A stretch of 64,000 nt of DNA from Cetorhinus maximus (taxonomy: Eukaryota), in assembly GCF_964194155.1 (NCBI RefSeq), contig NC_135885.1, positions 126,976,001 through 127,040,000 of the forward strand. The letters are read 5' to 3'. Of the stretch, positions 36,831 to 48,591 are shown piece after piece. Made by a program: the position numbers and the translations under genes. Each line of letters opens with the position of its first letter. Within the stretch, counting starts at the first letter, position 1. Under the pieces are notes generated by a model, which saw only the letters and a program-made list of their open reading frames with translations, had not been told where the DNA came from and searched no databases.

Positions 36831-37792
36831 TTAGCTAGCGCTAATCATATAAATGCTGGCGGAATGTGGATGTTAATCTGTGATGTTGACACAACCAAAG
36901 TAAAAGCAAAAGCAGAAGGTGCTCACCTGCTATAGAATTTTTCTAAGAGGAAGAGCTATTTCTATAATATCCAATTTTATCCAGTTTTTATAAGGTTATT
37001 AGGAAGCCATTTCTTACAAAAAGAAGAAAATAAAGAGAACAAAGCTTCACCTTTTATATTGAGACAAAATAAAGGGTCTGTTCTCTAACCAGTTTTTTTC
37101 AAATTATCTGTAAAAGCAAAACATGATACAGGTTCTCTAATCACTCATTGTTAGGCTGTCCCTTGTTGGATTTATATAGGATATCACTATATATCTTTTT
37201 TGCCCTTAGGTGGAGGTATTATAGGATATTGTGAGAAATTCTTTACCTCCAATCCATACTTGAACAGTTGGGAAACATGACATTTCTGATTAATACTTAT
37301 TAAGTCAAGTCAATGAAATATTACATAACCCCTTACATGCAATTTAGATGAAATATAGGCTCTAATAATACTTGCATGCTCCAAGAGACATTGCCTTTGT
37401 TGCATGCACTAACCTTAGCTGATGTAGAATGAATAGTTCCCTTTGAGCTTTTGGGAATTGAAATATTGTTTGTTTCATTAGGTAGGACAAATGTGTGGAT
37501 CAGATATCATCACTAACCCCCTGTGTGTGTGACAACATTGCCGTTACCCTTTGTTATGTAAACCTTTGAATTCTTATCTCTTCCAATCTTTATTGCAAAG
37601 AAAAGGTATTCTCTTATCTACACTGGTTTTTTCACACTTCCCAACTCTCTTCCTCCCCGACCTCCCCCGCTGAGATTAAATAGCATGTCTGAAACCATTT
37701 TTTGTCTTTCTTTAGTGTATTTTAAGCTCTTGATATTATATATTACTATATCATGTCAATCAGCTTATTCTCTTTAATGTCACAATATTTTC

Positions 37793-37885
37793 ATACCATC
37801 TTTACAGTGCAGAAGGAGGCCATTTGGGCCATCGAGTCTACGTTGGCTCTCTGAAAGAGCATTCCACCTAGCCCCACTCCCCTGC
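37793..37885 (-). mobile_element. CR1-type 3' tail fragment
   Basis: TACAGTGCAGAAGGAGGCCATTTGGGCCATCGAGTC resembles the CR1 tail at 11058-11095. Confidence 0.55.
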
Positions 37886-38594
37886 ACTACAGCATCACAG
37901 TATCTTTACATGCCAACTGTTAACATCCATTTCTGAACTAACCTCTTTAAAATACACACCAGCCTCTGATGAAAAATAATCAAGCAATTTTGGATGAGGG
38001 ATAAAAGGGGAAAGATGGATAGATCAGATATAACTACTTCACATGAAGATTAGTAAATGTTTGAAATTAATTACCCAGGTAGGCAATTGAGGTTGATATC
38101 ATCAACAATTTTCAAGAGGAAAATACACTAACACTAGGCAATACAATGAATTGTGCGATATTGGCAGCGGGCGTTCTATTTCTGAACTAAAGGACCTGTT
38201 CAGTTGGACCATAACCATCTTTTTCAGTCCTGTACATTCCTGTTGGTTTTTAAAACCAGCTGGGGAAAGAAAAGTTTTGAAAATTCATTCTGCAGTTTGA
38301 TATAACACTTGGAAAGATGCACTTCAAGCTCTGCACTAAGATTCACGCTGATGCATTCCGGAACATTCTGCAAGCTGTACACGCTGAAGGCTGTAGCGTC
38401 CTGGGAAGTGTCAAGAAATCTATAGTTGGTATCTCTCTTTACCTGACAGTGTGAGAGGTGTGAGAAATATCAACTGCAAACATAAGCTGAGATCCTTTAG
38501 TTCAAATGTGACAGCTGTTAATCATTGGGCAAAACATCCAATTTCCGCAGGTAATATTTTAACTACGTTATTATGAAACATATCTATTATTACA

Positions 38595-39321
38595 GTGGAG
38601 ATTTTTCAGAGGCAACAAGGTCCCCGCTGCCAGGGCCGAAAGGGGAAGTAACTGCACTGAGTGGGCAGCAGGATGCATTTTACAGATAAATGTCTGCCAC
38701 AGGGCCTGCCATGCCTATTAAGGACGATGGCTTGCCCCATGAGCTGCCAGTCCAGTGGAAGGCTGGCAGGCCAGTAGACTCAACAGCGCCACCAGGAGCA
38801 GTGGCCATTGCTGGGCTGCACCTGGAAAATGAGGGTCCATCGATGGATGTGTGCAATCACATCGAGTTAAGTGGGGACCGGGGCATGCCAGGGCCAGTCG
38901 GCAGGCCTGGGAAAGGTAGGTCGGTGGTCTCTGAGGTCAGACATTGCTGATGCCGCAGGGGTGGTCATTGTTGCTGGAGGGCCTCATCATAGGCCAAAGA
39001 ATGCCCAAAAAGGAGGTTCTCCCCGTAGTCTGTCCCCAGAGTCTGCTGGTAGGAGGCCAGGTTTTACCAGGCAGTTGCCGAATGTAGAGGTGGGACTCCC
39101 TGCTGGTAAATTGACAGTAGAGGCAAGAAGAGACATTGATTAGCCACTTAAATGGCTCAGTTAAGCTCCGGATGGGTGAGCCGTCCACCACCTTTCCCAC
39201 TGCTGGCAAGATGGCATGGCGGCAGGAAGGCATTTGGCATGCCACCCAATGCCTTCTCAGTCCATTTTACTAGCCTTTCAGCCTTCAAGCCCATCCCTAA
39301 AGGCCCTGTACAACTCTGGCC
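38595..39321. mobile_element. Non-autonomous Harbinger-type element (MITE-like)
   Basis: GC-rich block ending GTACAACTCTGGCC, with the GCCACTTAAATGGCTCAGTTAAG subterminal motif shared with the local Harbinger ends. Confidence 0.55.
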
Positions 39322-39473
39322 TATGTTTTGTTTGTTAGAAACTTTAATTCAAGTGATGGTAGTTTGAATTGTGGGGGAAAGAAAAATGGTGGAGAAAAAT
39401 GTTTTGGAGAACCATTGTGAGTCTTTTGAATGATTCAGTTTGTTTTGTTTATTCTTTATTTTAATGACAGACT

Positions 39474-40174
39474 TCTGATTTTCCCTGTGTGCTCCAAAAC
39501 CATGGCAGCAGGACCAAATGGATGTCCCAAACATGTGCTGACGGCAGCAAGACCTGCTGTGCAATCTTCCTGGATCCCTTCTCCTAATTGGCCTCTTCTA
39601 GGCTTTCCATTCTATTAAGGAATGCGGGTTGGGTGCTAATACTGCTGGACTAGTCAGAGGGCCAGCAACTCTAGAGCCTCAGCAGACCCAGTGTGAGAGG
39701 CGGGTGCTGCTCAGGCAGGTAGGAAATCTTGAAGACGCCTCAACATGGAGGCGCCCTCATAGGCGTGATACTAAATTATTAAGTCAGAGTTGGGGAAATC
39801 GGTAAGCCACTTGGAATAAAGGACAATTCCGTCCACCCCTTCCGGATGGATCCAATCCCCCCATCCCCTCTGGATGGATCCTGACGGGCCGATGTCTCCA
39901 ATTGCCCCAGGATGCTGCAGGGATGCAGTCAACAATGAGCCGGCAGCCTCTGTACATAGCAGAGGACTTCTCTGCCATTGGCAAAATGTCAGCAAACCTG
40001 CAGAGATGCCCCGAATTTGGGCCTTAACTATATAAATTGTCTGCCGCCCTTCATGGTGCGAGCAGCCAATCCAGGTCCGTGCTGCACTGGGAAAGTTCCC
40101 CGGTGGCGGGAATCCATCACTGTAATCCCAACCCGTCTCTATGACTGGCACCCTAGGGCCAGGGAAGTTTAGCC
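39474..40174. mobile_element. Non-autonomous Harbinger-type element (MITE-like)
   Basis: TTCTGATTTTCCCTG ... CAGGGAAGTTTAGCC imperfect inverted ends around a GC-rich interior. Confidence 0.5.
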
Positions 40175-41083
40175 ATTTGCGGTTGAAAGAATTTCAAAAA
40201 ATAAATGTTGCATTATCTGTTAAGTTCAATTTCTTCTTTTTTCTCATTGGTCATGGATACAGAGTTTTGATTTGTTATTTACGAATATTACATTTTGAGC
40301 CAATCAAGTGAAATTGTGACGGACAAATTTACATATACCATACAGTCAGTGCGAAACAGGAAAGTAATGATAAGCATGCACTTTCAGTATGCACTGTCAT
40401 GCATTATTACATGCATATTATAGCCAGATATAGAAACTTAGTAACATAATAGAACCTAAGTAATGCATATTCATTTTACATTAGTGTTACCAGTTTCGAG
40501 AAATATTGGTTTTAATTCACCATGTAAACCAAAGTAACAAATTTTAGGACTGGTAGCAGAAGAATGTAAATTGATCTATGTAACTACCAGTCATAATATT
40601 GATCGAAAGTCCTGTATGTCCTGAAAACCCCTGAGCAATAGCCTGTGAGTAACTAGTCTATTTTTCAGAGGCATTTCTGACAGAATTCCATTTTAAAAAG
40701 ACAGTTGGAAAATACAACATAATTCAGATCTGCACTATAAACTTCAAAAGAAGGCGACTAGTTTTGAAATACTTCCCTTAGTAATCAATTAGTCACACTG
40801 GATAGCAGTTGTGGCAAGTGTCTAACTGTGGAGCTTTAGAAGATGGATAGTTAATCCAATTGTTGGTTTATTTTGTTTTGAACTTTTGTGGTATTCATGT
40901 ATTTTTCTGTGCAATCTTTCTTAGAGTATATAGTTCCTGACAATTGTGTGCTATAACTTAAAATTCTGCTCCACTATGTTGAGGAGTTTACAGAACTCCT
41001 GAGTGCCTCAAATTATGAAGTCTGTTTTTACGTTATTTTAGGATCTGTTGTTGTCGTCAATCACTCAAATGACATTTGCCAGG

Positions 41084-41900
41084 TGTTACAGACTGGAGGG
41101 GGATTAACTTAGAACTGACCTGATTTCTCCACTCACTACCCATCCGTAAACAGAAAGGTGTTTTTGATTTTTGATTTCCCCCATTTATAAGTGGTGATGT
41201 GTTTTCCCGAAGCCTTCAGTTTTGAAGTTATCCAATCCTCTATTAATAACCCCACAGTAAACTTGAGTTGAAGTAAAATAAGAGGGGTATTTTATTTTAC
41301 ACACACATACACACTAAATGTGGGGAAAGGGGTTTTGCAGCATTTGCTCCTTTTTGCATTCATACAATAAAAGAGGGATAAGGGAAAGAAAGGGGTACAG
41401 GGCAAGACCATGATAAAAGAGTTATGGTTTCACATGAGTTCAGAGTCCAGAATCAAAAGTCCAGTGGCGTCTTTAAGGTTGCTTTGTCTGGCAGAATTCC
41501 TGATCTTGGTCCTAGGAACTGGGTTGCAGGTTAAGCCCATTGAAGATGCAGCAAAGTATTCTTGTATCCTGGATTAGTTCACTCTGTAGGTGAACTAAAG
41601 GGTTCTTGCTGGAAATCAGACTTGGAGAGAGATGGAGGTCAAAGGCAGGCTGCTCGCTGGAGACTGGCTTTCTCTTCTGAGGTTAAACCGCAACTGAAGA
41701 TAAACATCAAAAGCTGTCACTTCCTGAGGGCAACTCTTGTCCTCTCTGCCCAAAGACCTGTGGCATTGCCCTGCTGAGTCACCTGAGGACACACAAATCA
41801 TGAAGCCTGTTTCCCAGCCAGGAAAGGGAAAAAAAAGAGGTATATATACTTGAGAACCCCACCAAGACCATCTATGGACCAAAAATAAGTGGTCCCTCCC
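41084..41900 (-). mobile_element. LTR-like fragment
   Basis: Starts TGTTACA and has a TTTATT + (CA)n arrangement like the other solo LTRs. Far end and TSD not found. Confidence 0.35.
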
Positions 41901-43050
41901 CACTCTGAGCTGAAGAGAGCCATACTCTTCTTAAAGATGAAGCACCGATCTAAGACCAGCACTACTGAAATTCTTAATCAGCGGTATCAAGATAAAACCA
42001 TCAAAACAATTCCTCAACAGCTTGACAGATCAAATTTGGGCATGCAGTCAATTTCATTGTTACAGAGATGTGACCAATTGCTTCTCTCCCTTCCAAATGA
42101 AATATGCTTTGATATAAAAAAATAACCTTTTGCTCATAATGGAGTTGAAACTTATTTGTGGTAATAAAGAACTTAATGTAAACTTTATCTAGTATTTTAA
42201 TTTCTGCAATCTAAATATTTGAAACTTTATGTACTTTTTTTTCTGATTTCTTTTATTGTACTTATTTTTGTTTCTGTTAAAGTATATTTTCCATTTTTAA
42301 ACAGAACTTTTTAGAAATTCCCATTTTTAAAAATTTTGAACTGCTGACAAAGTCTTTTGTCACGACCACATAGAAGGCATTTCATTAAAGTGGTCCATGA
42401 AGTAAAAATGTGTGTGTGTGTGTGTATGTGTGTGTATGTGTAAGTAGCCCAATTTTAATTTGCGCGTGATTCAATTGAATAATAAGCAGCTGCAAAGCTT
42501 TAGCCTTAAACAAGATTAAAGCTTAATTCATTACCAACTACTGCTGAAAGTTACTTAAGTAAAAAATGATAAAGCTATTAGCTAAAATACAGATACAAAT
42601 ATTAACACGCAAATAAAGGAAAAAAGATACTTAAAAATGTGATTTCAAATCAGTCCCAATGCTCGAATTCTTTCTTTCTGAAGTGAAGAGGTTGAAACCT
42701 GAGATTCAGTTTCACAACTGCGATGGCTTGTGCAGTTGAAGAATCAAGAGTTTTCCGTTATCATTGGACTCGATAGGCAGAGCGGATGCTGGGAAAGAGC
42801 CCCCTTTCCTTACTGGAGACTGCAGGCCCCGACATTTGAAGATTGCCTGATTTCTTCTCAGCAGACCAGGGATGATTTTTCTGGATGCCTTACACTGTAA
42901 TTCCCAATGTCAGGGAACCCCAGCTCTTGCACATGGCCCATGGTTGTTTCAGCTAAGACCTGTGTGCTGCTATTGTCTCTCACACTGCCACATAAAATGG
43001 GTTCTTACAGCCTCCGTTATTCAAAAAAACATATCCCAAACTGTTCAATC

Positions 43051-43226
43051 ACTGGACCCACTATCGAGCTCCTCCTGTCCCACCCCCCCCTCTACCAGCT
43101 TATATTTCATCTCATTTCTATATTTTTTAGTTCTGATGAAGGGTCATACGGACTCGAAATGTCAACTGTATCCCTCTCCGCAGATGATGTCAGACTTGCT
43201 GAGTTTTTCCAGATTTTTTTTGTTTT
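43051..43226 (+). mobile_element. Penelope-like 3' terminal fragment
   Basis: Aligns with 48900-49070 and is flanked by a 9-bp TSD TGTTCAATC (43042-43050 / 43227-43235). Confidence 0.85.
43129..43167 (+). ncRNA. Minimal type I hammerhead ribozyme
   Basis: AGTT-CTGATGA-A-GGGTC(ATACG)GACTC-GAAA-T-GTC-AACT: canonical CUGANGA and GAAA core boxes, stem II, stem I AGTT/AACT and a GUC cleavage triplet. Confidence 0.8.
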
Positions 43227-44954
43227 TGTTCAATCTTACTTCCATATTAGGTATTGAGCTAGTCCTGGTCTGGGGGTTGGGGTGGCGAGGGTGGCGGGGG
43301 GGGTGGCACAGTCCCAATTCTTTGACACCAAGGCAATTTACCTTTTAAGTGTCTCAGTCATTAATTTGAATGGCTGCCATTCTCCCAGGTTTGGTGAGAG
43401 AGGAAAGAGCTATTCGCACCTCCAGGGAAACCGTTGTCAATGATTTTCTGTTAACCCTTGTGGAAACGCGTACTGAATTTCAAATGCTTTCACATGTTTG
43501 GATATTTCTAGTTGCAATCCACACGGAACCTTCTAGAAGCGTCACCACACTGTACTTGTAAAAGGTCGTGATTTTTGACAGCCACCTTTAAGATTTCTGT
43601 GTCCATTTAAACGGAAGATTAGCTGTTTACAAAATCTAAAACATCACAGTTACACGTTTGTGACACTTTCCTTTGCTGGAAGTGGAGTTTCCCCTGTCTT
43701 TGATTGTAAAATATAATGGGCAAACAAAGGCATTTATTTAGGCTTTCTTCCTTACTGCAGGATTTAATCTTTGCCATGTTATTAAGCCTCATTTGCTTTA
43801 TACATTAGAGGCAATATTCTGTTATTTTTCCTATGCAACATGAGTTCATCAGAAGACTAGCAGGCCTTATCACAACTTTTTACAAATTTCTCCAAGAACT
43901 TTATGCACAACTAATGATTTACAAGTGAAACACATAAGACCATATACAGAAAAAAATTTGGGAAAATTGGTCCTCTGCACTGCATCCATTTTCCAGGCAT
44001 AAAAGAGCCAACAAGAACCAATTTTGTGACATAACAACTCATTTCTGACCTCTGCTTAGGATACCGGTGTCACTATACTGTAGGCTAATTCTCGGGCACC
44101 TGCAGTGCTGTCTGTAGCAGGCATTAAGCAGGCCACATATGTAATTGAGAGTCCTTGTGCCTTTTTTGGGATGCCTCCAGAAAAGAAACAAAATGTGAAG
44201 TAAGAAAAGTTATAGAACAAACGATTTTAAGAGAGTTAGAAACAGAAAAAAAACAGTTGGAGAGACACTTTGAAAAGGAGAGAGACTTGTGTGAAAAAGT
44301 ATTTAAAACCAGCTGTCCCAGCGACAGGAGACCAGAACATTTCCACAGCCAAATAACATCCACACACACATTCCTCATCCGATTTTACTGCTAAACTTAA
44401 TTTATTCAGCAAATCTGAAATACACAGTAGGCAACAGAATTCGTACTTACATTAAGTCTTACTGGACCTAAACTAATTTTAGGCAATTACTCCTGAGATA
44501 ATTTAAATCTCTGTTCAGAAGATTTGATTTGAAAGGATTCTTCTGAAGTTCCCAAGCTCAATAAAAATCAGATTGAAAAGCATCTAAATTTTAATTGATT
44601 CACATAAAAACCAGATAGGTGAGCAAGACAGTCCACAATGGAATGTGTAAGGTAGGATTTGACTTTTGGAGCTAGATCTACATTGATAAGTATCAAAAAA
44701 GCTGTAGAACAGATCTAAAAATAAGAATGGATGGAGACTTAGGACTCCAATGATAGATAATGTGCTATATTTTGATACAGGAGAGAGGAAAGAGTACTGA
44801 GAGCTGAATAAAACCTGCTATGAGCAATTAATAGGGTTAGATTCTTGGAATAATCGAATGATTGATTGCATGTGACTACTAGATTCCAACTTTTCCAGTA
44901 TCTCTTAGTATATTAACTCCTGTCATTAATGATAATTAATATATTAAAGTTACT

Positions 44955-45078
44955 AAAATGCATTGATGTCAAGAAAGGTTTCTTAATTATAACATCATTC
45001 TTATAATACTGGTTGAAAAATGCATTGATGTCAAGAATGGTTTCTTAATTATAGCATCATTCTTACAATACTGGTTGA
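44955..45078. repeat. Tandem duplication, 2 x 62 bp
   Basis: 44955-45016 and 45017-45078 differ at three positions. Confidence 0.95.
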
Positions 45079-45464
45079 ATTTGCATATATTAATTTATTC
45101 CAGTGATTACGTTATTTAGACTTTAGTTATCCATATCAATAACAAGTTTCAAATAAAATTAATGCACTGCTAAATGTTCATAAATTACTCTCAGGTGTCT
45201 ATAATATTGTTAGTTTTCATTATAATCTTGGAGCCTAGCTGGCTTAACTAAGATGTTCCTTAAAGTGCTATCACTTTATTGCTATTCCCATTTGGTGCCT
45301 ACATTTCCAACTTGAAAAGAAAGCCAAGGTTGAAGCACTGGAATTAATAAAAGACAGAACTTGAGAACAGACAGCCAATTTATGTAATTAAAAACATAAC
45401 ATGATACAGCTAATAGCAGGTCTAACAGCATCTGTGACCAGAAAAGGAGACATACGGAGTTAAC

Positions 45465-46159
45465 GGGTTAAATTTTCCCAGCTCCCTGGTGGTGGTGGGC
45501 TTGGAAGCAAGGGGGCTGGAAAAATCGGGGGAGCTAAGGGAGGATTTTCCCAGTGGTGGGCTGGGAGTTGGATCAACTGCCCATTCTACAGAGGTGGGCA
45601 GCCAATGATGATGTTTAAGTCCCAAAATGGAGTGGTTTTGCAGCCTCATCAACCTTGCCAACTAAGCGACTCCTTCTTGTTGCATACTGAGGCCACCAGC
45701 TCAATGGAGGCGGTCTCTCTGCCGCAGGCTGCAGGTCTACCTGAACCAAAGGCTCCATGCCTCAAAGAGAGGGCCGTGGACAGGGAAGGTTGCACACTCG
45801 TCCCAAACGATTCAACCGGAGGGGTTTCCCTTCTGCTCTGAGGAGTCTAACAGCTTTCCACCTCACAATATTTATTTTAGATCCGCAACTCTGAAGGAGG
45901 TTCCCTGTCGAAATGCCTTTGTGGTCCCGGGTCCTGCCTCAGCAACGACTACCTGTCCTGGTGAGGCTGCTGAGGCCTCTGACTGGGCTGGCAGCATCGG
46001 GAGCCTACCCACTGTCTTTAATAGGAGGGTGAGCATGGAGGCAGCCAATTAGGCGGCTGCCTTGGAGGAAGATGGCTGAGCTGGCCTCACTGCTAACAAG
46101 AGTGGGCTTGGGACCTCCATTTGCGTTGGGGTCCCAGAGCCTGACGTAAAATCCAGGCC
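45465..46159. mobile_element. Non-autonomous Harbinger-type element inserted into a Penelope-like tail
   Basis: GGGTTAAATTTT ... GTAAAATCCAGGCC ends. The flanks 45385-45464 and 46160-46193 are two halves of a minus-strand Penelope tail. Confidence 0.7.
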
Positions 46160-46664
46160 GAGCAATTCAGGTTGGTGACCCTTCATCAGAGCTTTGCTCT
46201 CGTATTAGCGAACAGATTTCCACAATCTGCTGTACTTGCATTAGCCAAACCATGTGTTATTTTTAATGCTGAGAATGCCAACTTACTAATGGTACAGAAA
46301 AACTGACAGTTAATCACCTCTTTTTTTGAAGTTGCCAGACTGATTTCAGTTACAAATATTGAACTGCTCACCGCTCGATAATGACATGCTAAACTAAGTT
46401 ACATTAAAGAAATAAAAAAGCAACCCGGATGGCTTAAAAATGCTGCAACTGTTTTATTTTTCGGCAGAGTTCTTTAATGGAGTTTGTTGGAACAGCAGAA
46501 AAAATCGTGACCAGCGAGAAAAAAAAACAATTTGCACTGTTATTCTGGGGTTCTTCTGGCAGTTATGGCAAGAGATTGAGACAAAGCAACTGAAACACAG
46601 AATCACAGTCGAGGAGAATCTTCAACAAATCTCAACTTCTGTGTTCTATATATCCATCTTTTCT

Positions 46665-46752
46665 ACCTTACAGCAGTGACTACAACTAAGTACTTCATTG
46701 GCTGTAAATGTTTTTGGATTTCCTGAAATCTAAATTCAAGTCTTTCTTTCTT
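46665..46752 (+). mobile_element. DeuSINE/L2-type tail fragment
   Basis: TACAGCAGTGACTACAACTAAGTACTTCATTGGCTGTAAA...AAGTCTTTCTTTCTTT matches the reverse complement of 20765-20862. Confidence 0.65.
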
Positions 46753-46988
46753 TCATATGCAACTTGTGTAACAAGATGGTTGGAGGCAAACTTCTTTAGA
46801 GCATTTGAAGTGTGGCAGTACAGTGAATTAAGATTCAGGACACATGAGCTTTGGCGGGACCCCATGATTGCAATTCTACAGGGTTTTAAAAAAAATTCTA
46901 AACTGCAGCACTGCTTTCTGCCCTGATTGCTGGCTGTCACCTATGTTACAAGGTAAGTACATATGCTCTTTCTAATGGAGAAGAAAAG

Positions 46989-47027
46989 AGTCGACATTTC
47001 GAGTCCTCATGACTCTTCAACAGAACT
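46989..47027 (-). ncRNA. Minimal hammerhead ribozyme, CUGUUGA core variant (inverted arm)
   Basis: Minus strand AGTT-CTGTTGA-A-GAGTC(ATGAG)GACTC-GAAA-T-GTC-GACT. Confidence 0.65.
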
Positions 47028-47668
47028 GAGTATAGTAAGGAGAGGGGTGAAATATAAGCTGGTTTAAGGTGGGAGGCGGGGAGAGAGAAGTTGAGGGGGG
47101 GGGGGGGGGGTGGTGGTTGTAGGGACAAGCAAGCAGTGATAGGAGCAGATAATCAAAAGATGTCACAGACAAAAGGATCAATGAGGTGTTGAAGGTGATG
47201 ATATTATCTAAGAAAATGTGCTAATTAAGAATGGATGGCAGGACACTCAAGGTACAGCTCTAGTGGGGGTGAGGTGAAAAGACTGACAAGGTATTAGTTG
47301 TAGATTTTAAAATAATGGAAATAGGTGGGAAAAGAAAAATCTATATAAATTATTGAAAAAAACAAAAGGGAGGGGGAAGAAACGGGGTGGGGATGGGGGG
47401 CGGGAGTGTAAGATCTAAAGTTGTTGAATTCAATATTCAGCCCGGAAGGCTGTAAAGTGCCTAGTCGGAAGATGAGGTGCTGTTCCTCCAGTTTGCGTTG
47501 GGTTTCACTGGAACAATGCAGCAAGCCAATGACAGACATGTGGGCAAGAGAGCAGGGTGGAGTGTTAAAATAGCAAGCGACAGGGAGGTTTGGGTCTTTC
47601 TTGCGGACAGACCGCAGGTGTTCTGCAAAGTGGTCGCCCAGTTTGCATTTGGTCTCTCCAATGTAGAA

Positions 47669-48591
47669 TTTCTGATGATAGACTGTCCACCAATATCCAT
47701 TACAAGCCTACCGACTCCCGCAGCTACCTCGACTACAGCTCCTCACACCCCGCTTCCTGTAAGGACTCCATCCCATTCTCTCAGTTCCTTCGCCTCCGTC
47801 GCATCTGTTCTGATGACGCTACCTTCAAAAACAGTTCCTCTGACATGTCCTCCTTCTTCCTTAACCAAGGTTTTCCACCCACGGTCGTTGACAGGGCCCT
47901 CAACCGTGTCCGGCCCATGTCCCGCGCATCCGCCCTCACGGCTTCTCCTCTCTCCCAGAAACATGATAGGGTCCCCCTTGTCCTCACATATCACCCCACC
48001 AGCCTCCGCATTCAAAGGATCATCCTCCGCCATTTCCGCCAACTCCAGCATGATGCCACCACCAAAGACATCTTCCCTTCACCCCCCCTGGTGGCATTCC
48101 GTAGGGATCATTCCCTCCGGGTCACCCTGGTCCACTCCTCCATCACCCCCTACTCTTCAACCCCCACCTATGGCACCTCCCCATGCCCACGCAGAAGATG
48201 CAACACCTGCCCCTTCACTTTCTCTCTCCTCACCGTCCAAGGGCCCAAACACTCCTTTCAAGTGAAGCAGCATTTCACTTGCATTTCCCCTAACTTAGTC
48301 TACTGCATTCGTTGCTCCCAATGCGGTCTCTTCTACATTGGAGAGACCAAACGCAAACTGGGCGACCGCTTTGCAGAACACCTGCGGTCTGTCTGTAAGA
48401 AAGACCCAAACCTCCCTGTCGCTTGCCATTTTAACACTCCACCCTGCTTTCTTGCCCACATGTCTGTCCTTGGCTTGCTGCATTGTTCCAGTGAAGCCCA
48501 ACGCAAACTGGAGGAACAGCACCTCATCTTCCGACTAGGCACTTTACAGCCTTCTGGGCTGAATATTGAATTCAACAACTTTAGATCTTAA
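47669..48591 (+). CDS. Penelope-like ORF, C-terminal part (RT thumb + Cys/His linker + GIY-YIG endonuclease), open but 5'-truncated
   Basis: HYKPTDSRSYLDYSSSHP, SIPFSQFLRLRRICS, CNTC, NLVYCIRCSQCGLFYIGETKRKLGDRFAEH, EQHLIFRLGTLQPSGLN. No internal stop. Confidence 0.9.

Larger units (their letters stand above)
42358..43665. mobile_element. Solo LTR with a nested Penelope-like fragment
   Basis: TGTCAC...GTGACA termini with a perfect 4-bp TSD CTTT (42354-42357 / 43666-43669). Contains a (GT)n tract at 42409-42441. Confidence 0.85.

Noticed and set aside
38296-38550. Coding exon bounded by TGCAG and CAG|GTAAT
   Set aside because: All three frames hit stops (the best ends near 38454) and the acceptor has a weak pyrimidine tract.
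44155-44394. Coiled-coil-like 79-aa ORF (RKVIEQTILRELETEKKQLERHFEKERDL)
   Set aside because: Purine-rich low-complexity DNA with no clear start, splice context or recognisable family. It cannot be supported as a gene from the sequence alone.
47590-47668. N-terminus of the 333-aa ORF as a genuine start
   Set aside because: These codons come from the inverted arm. True Penelope coding sequence begins at about 47669 and is 5'-truncated.
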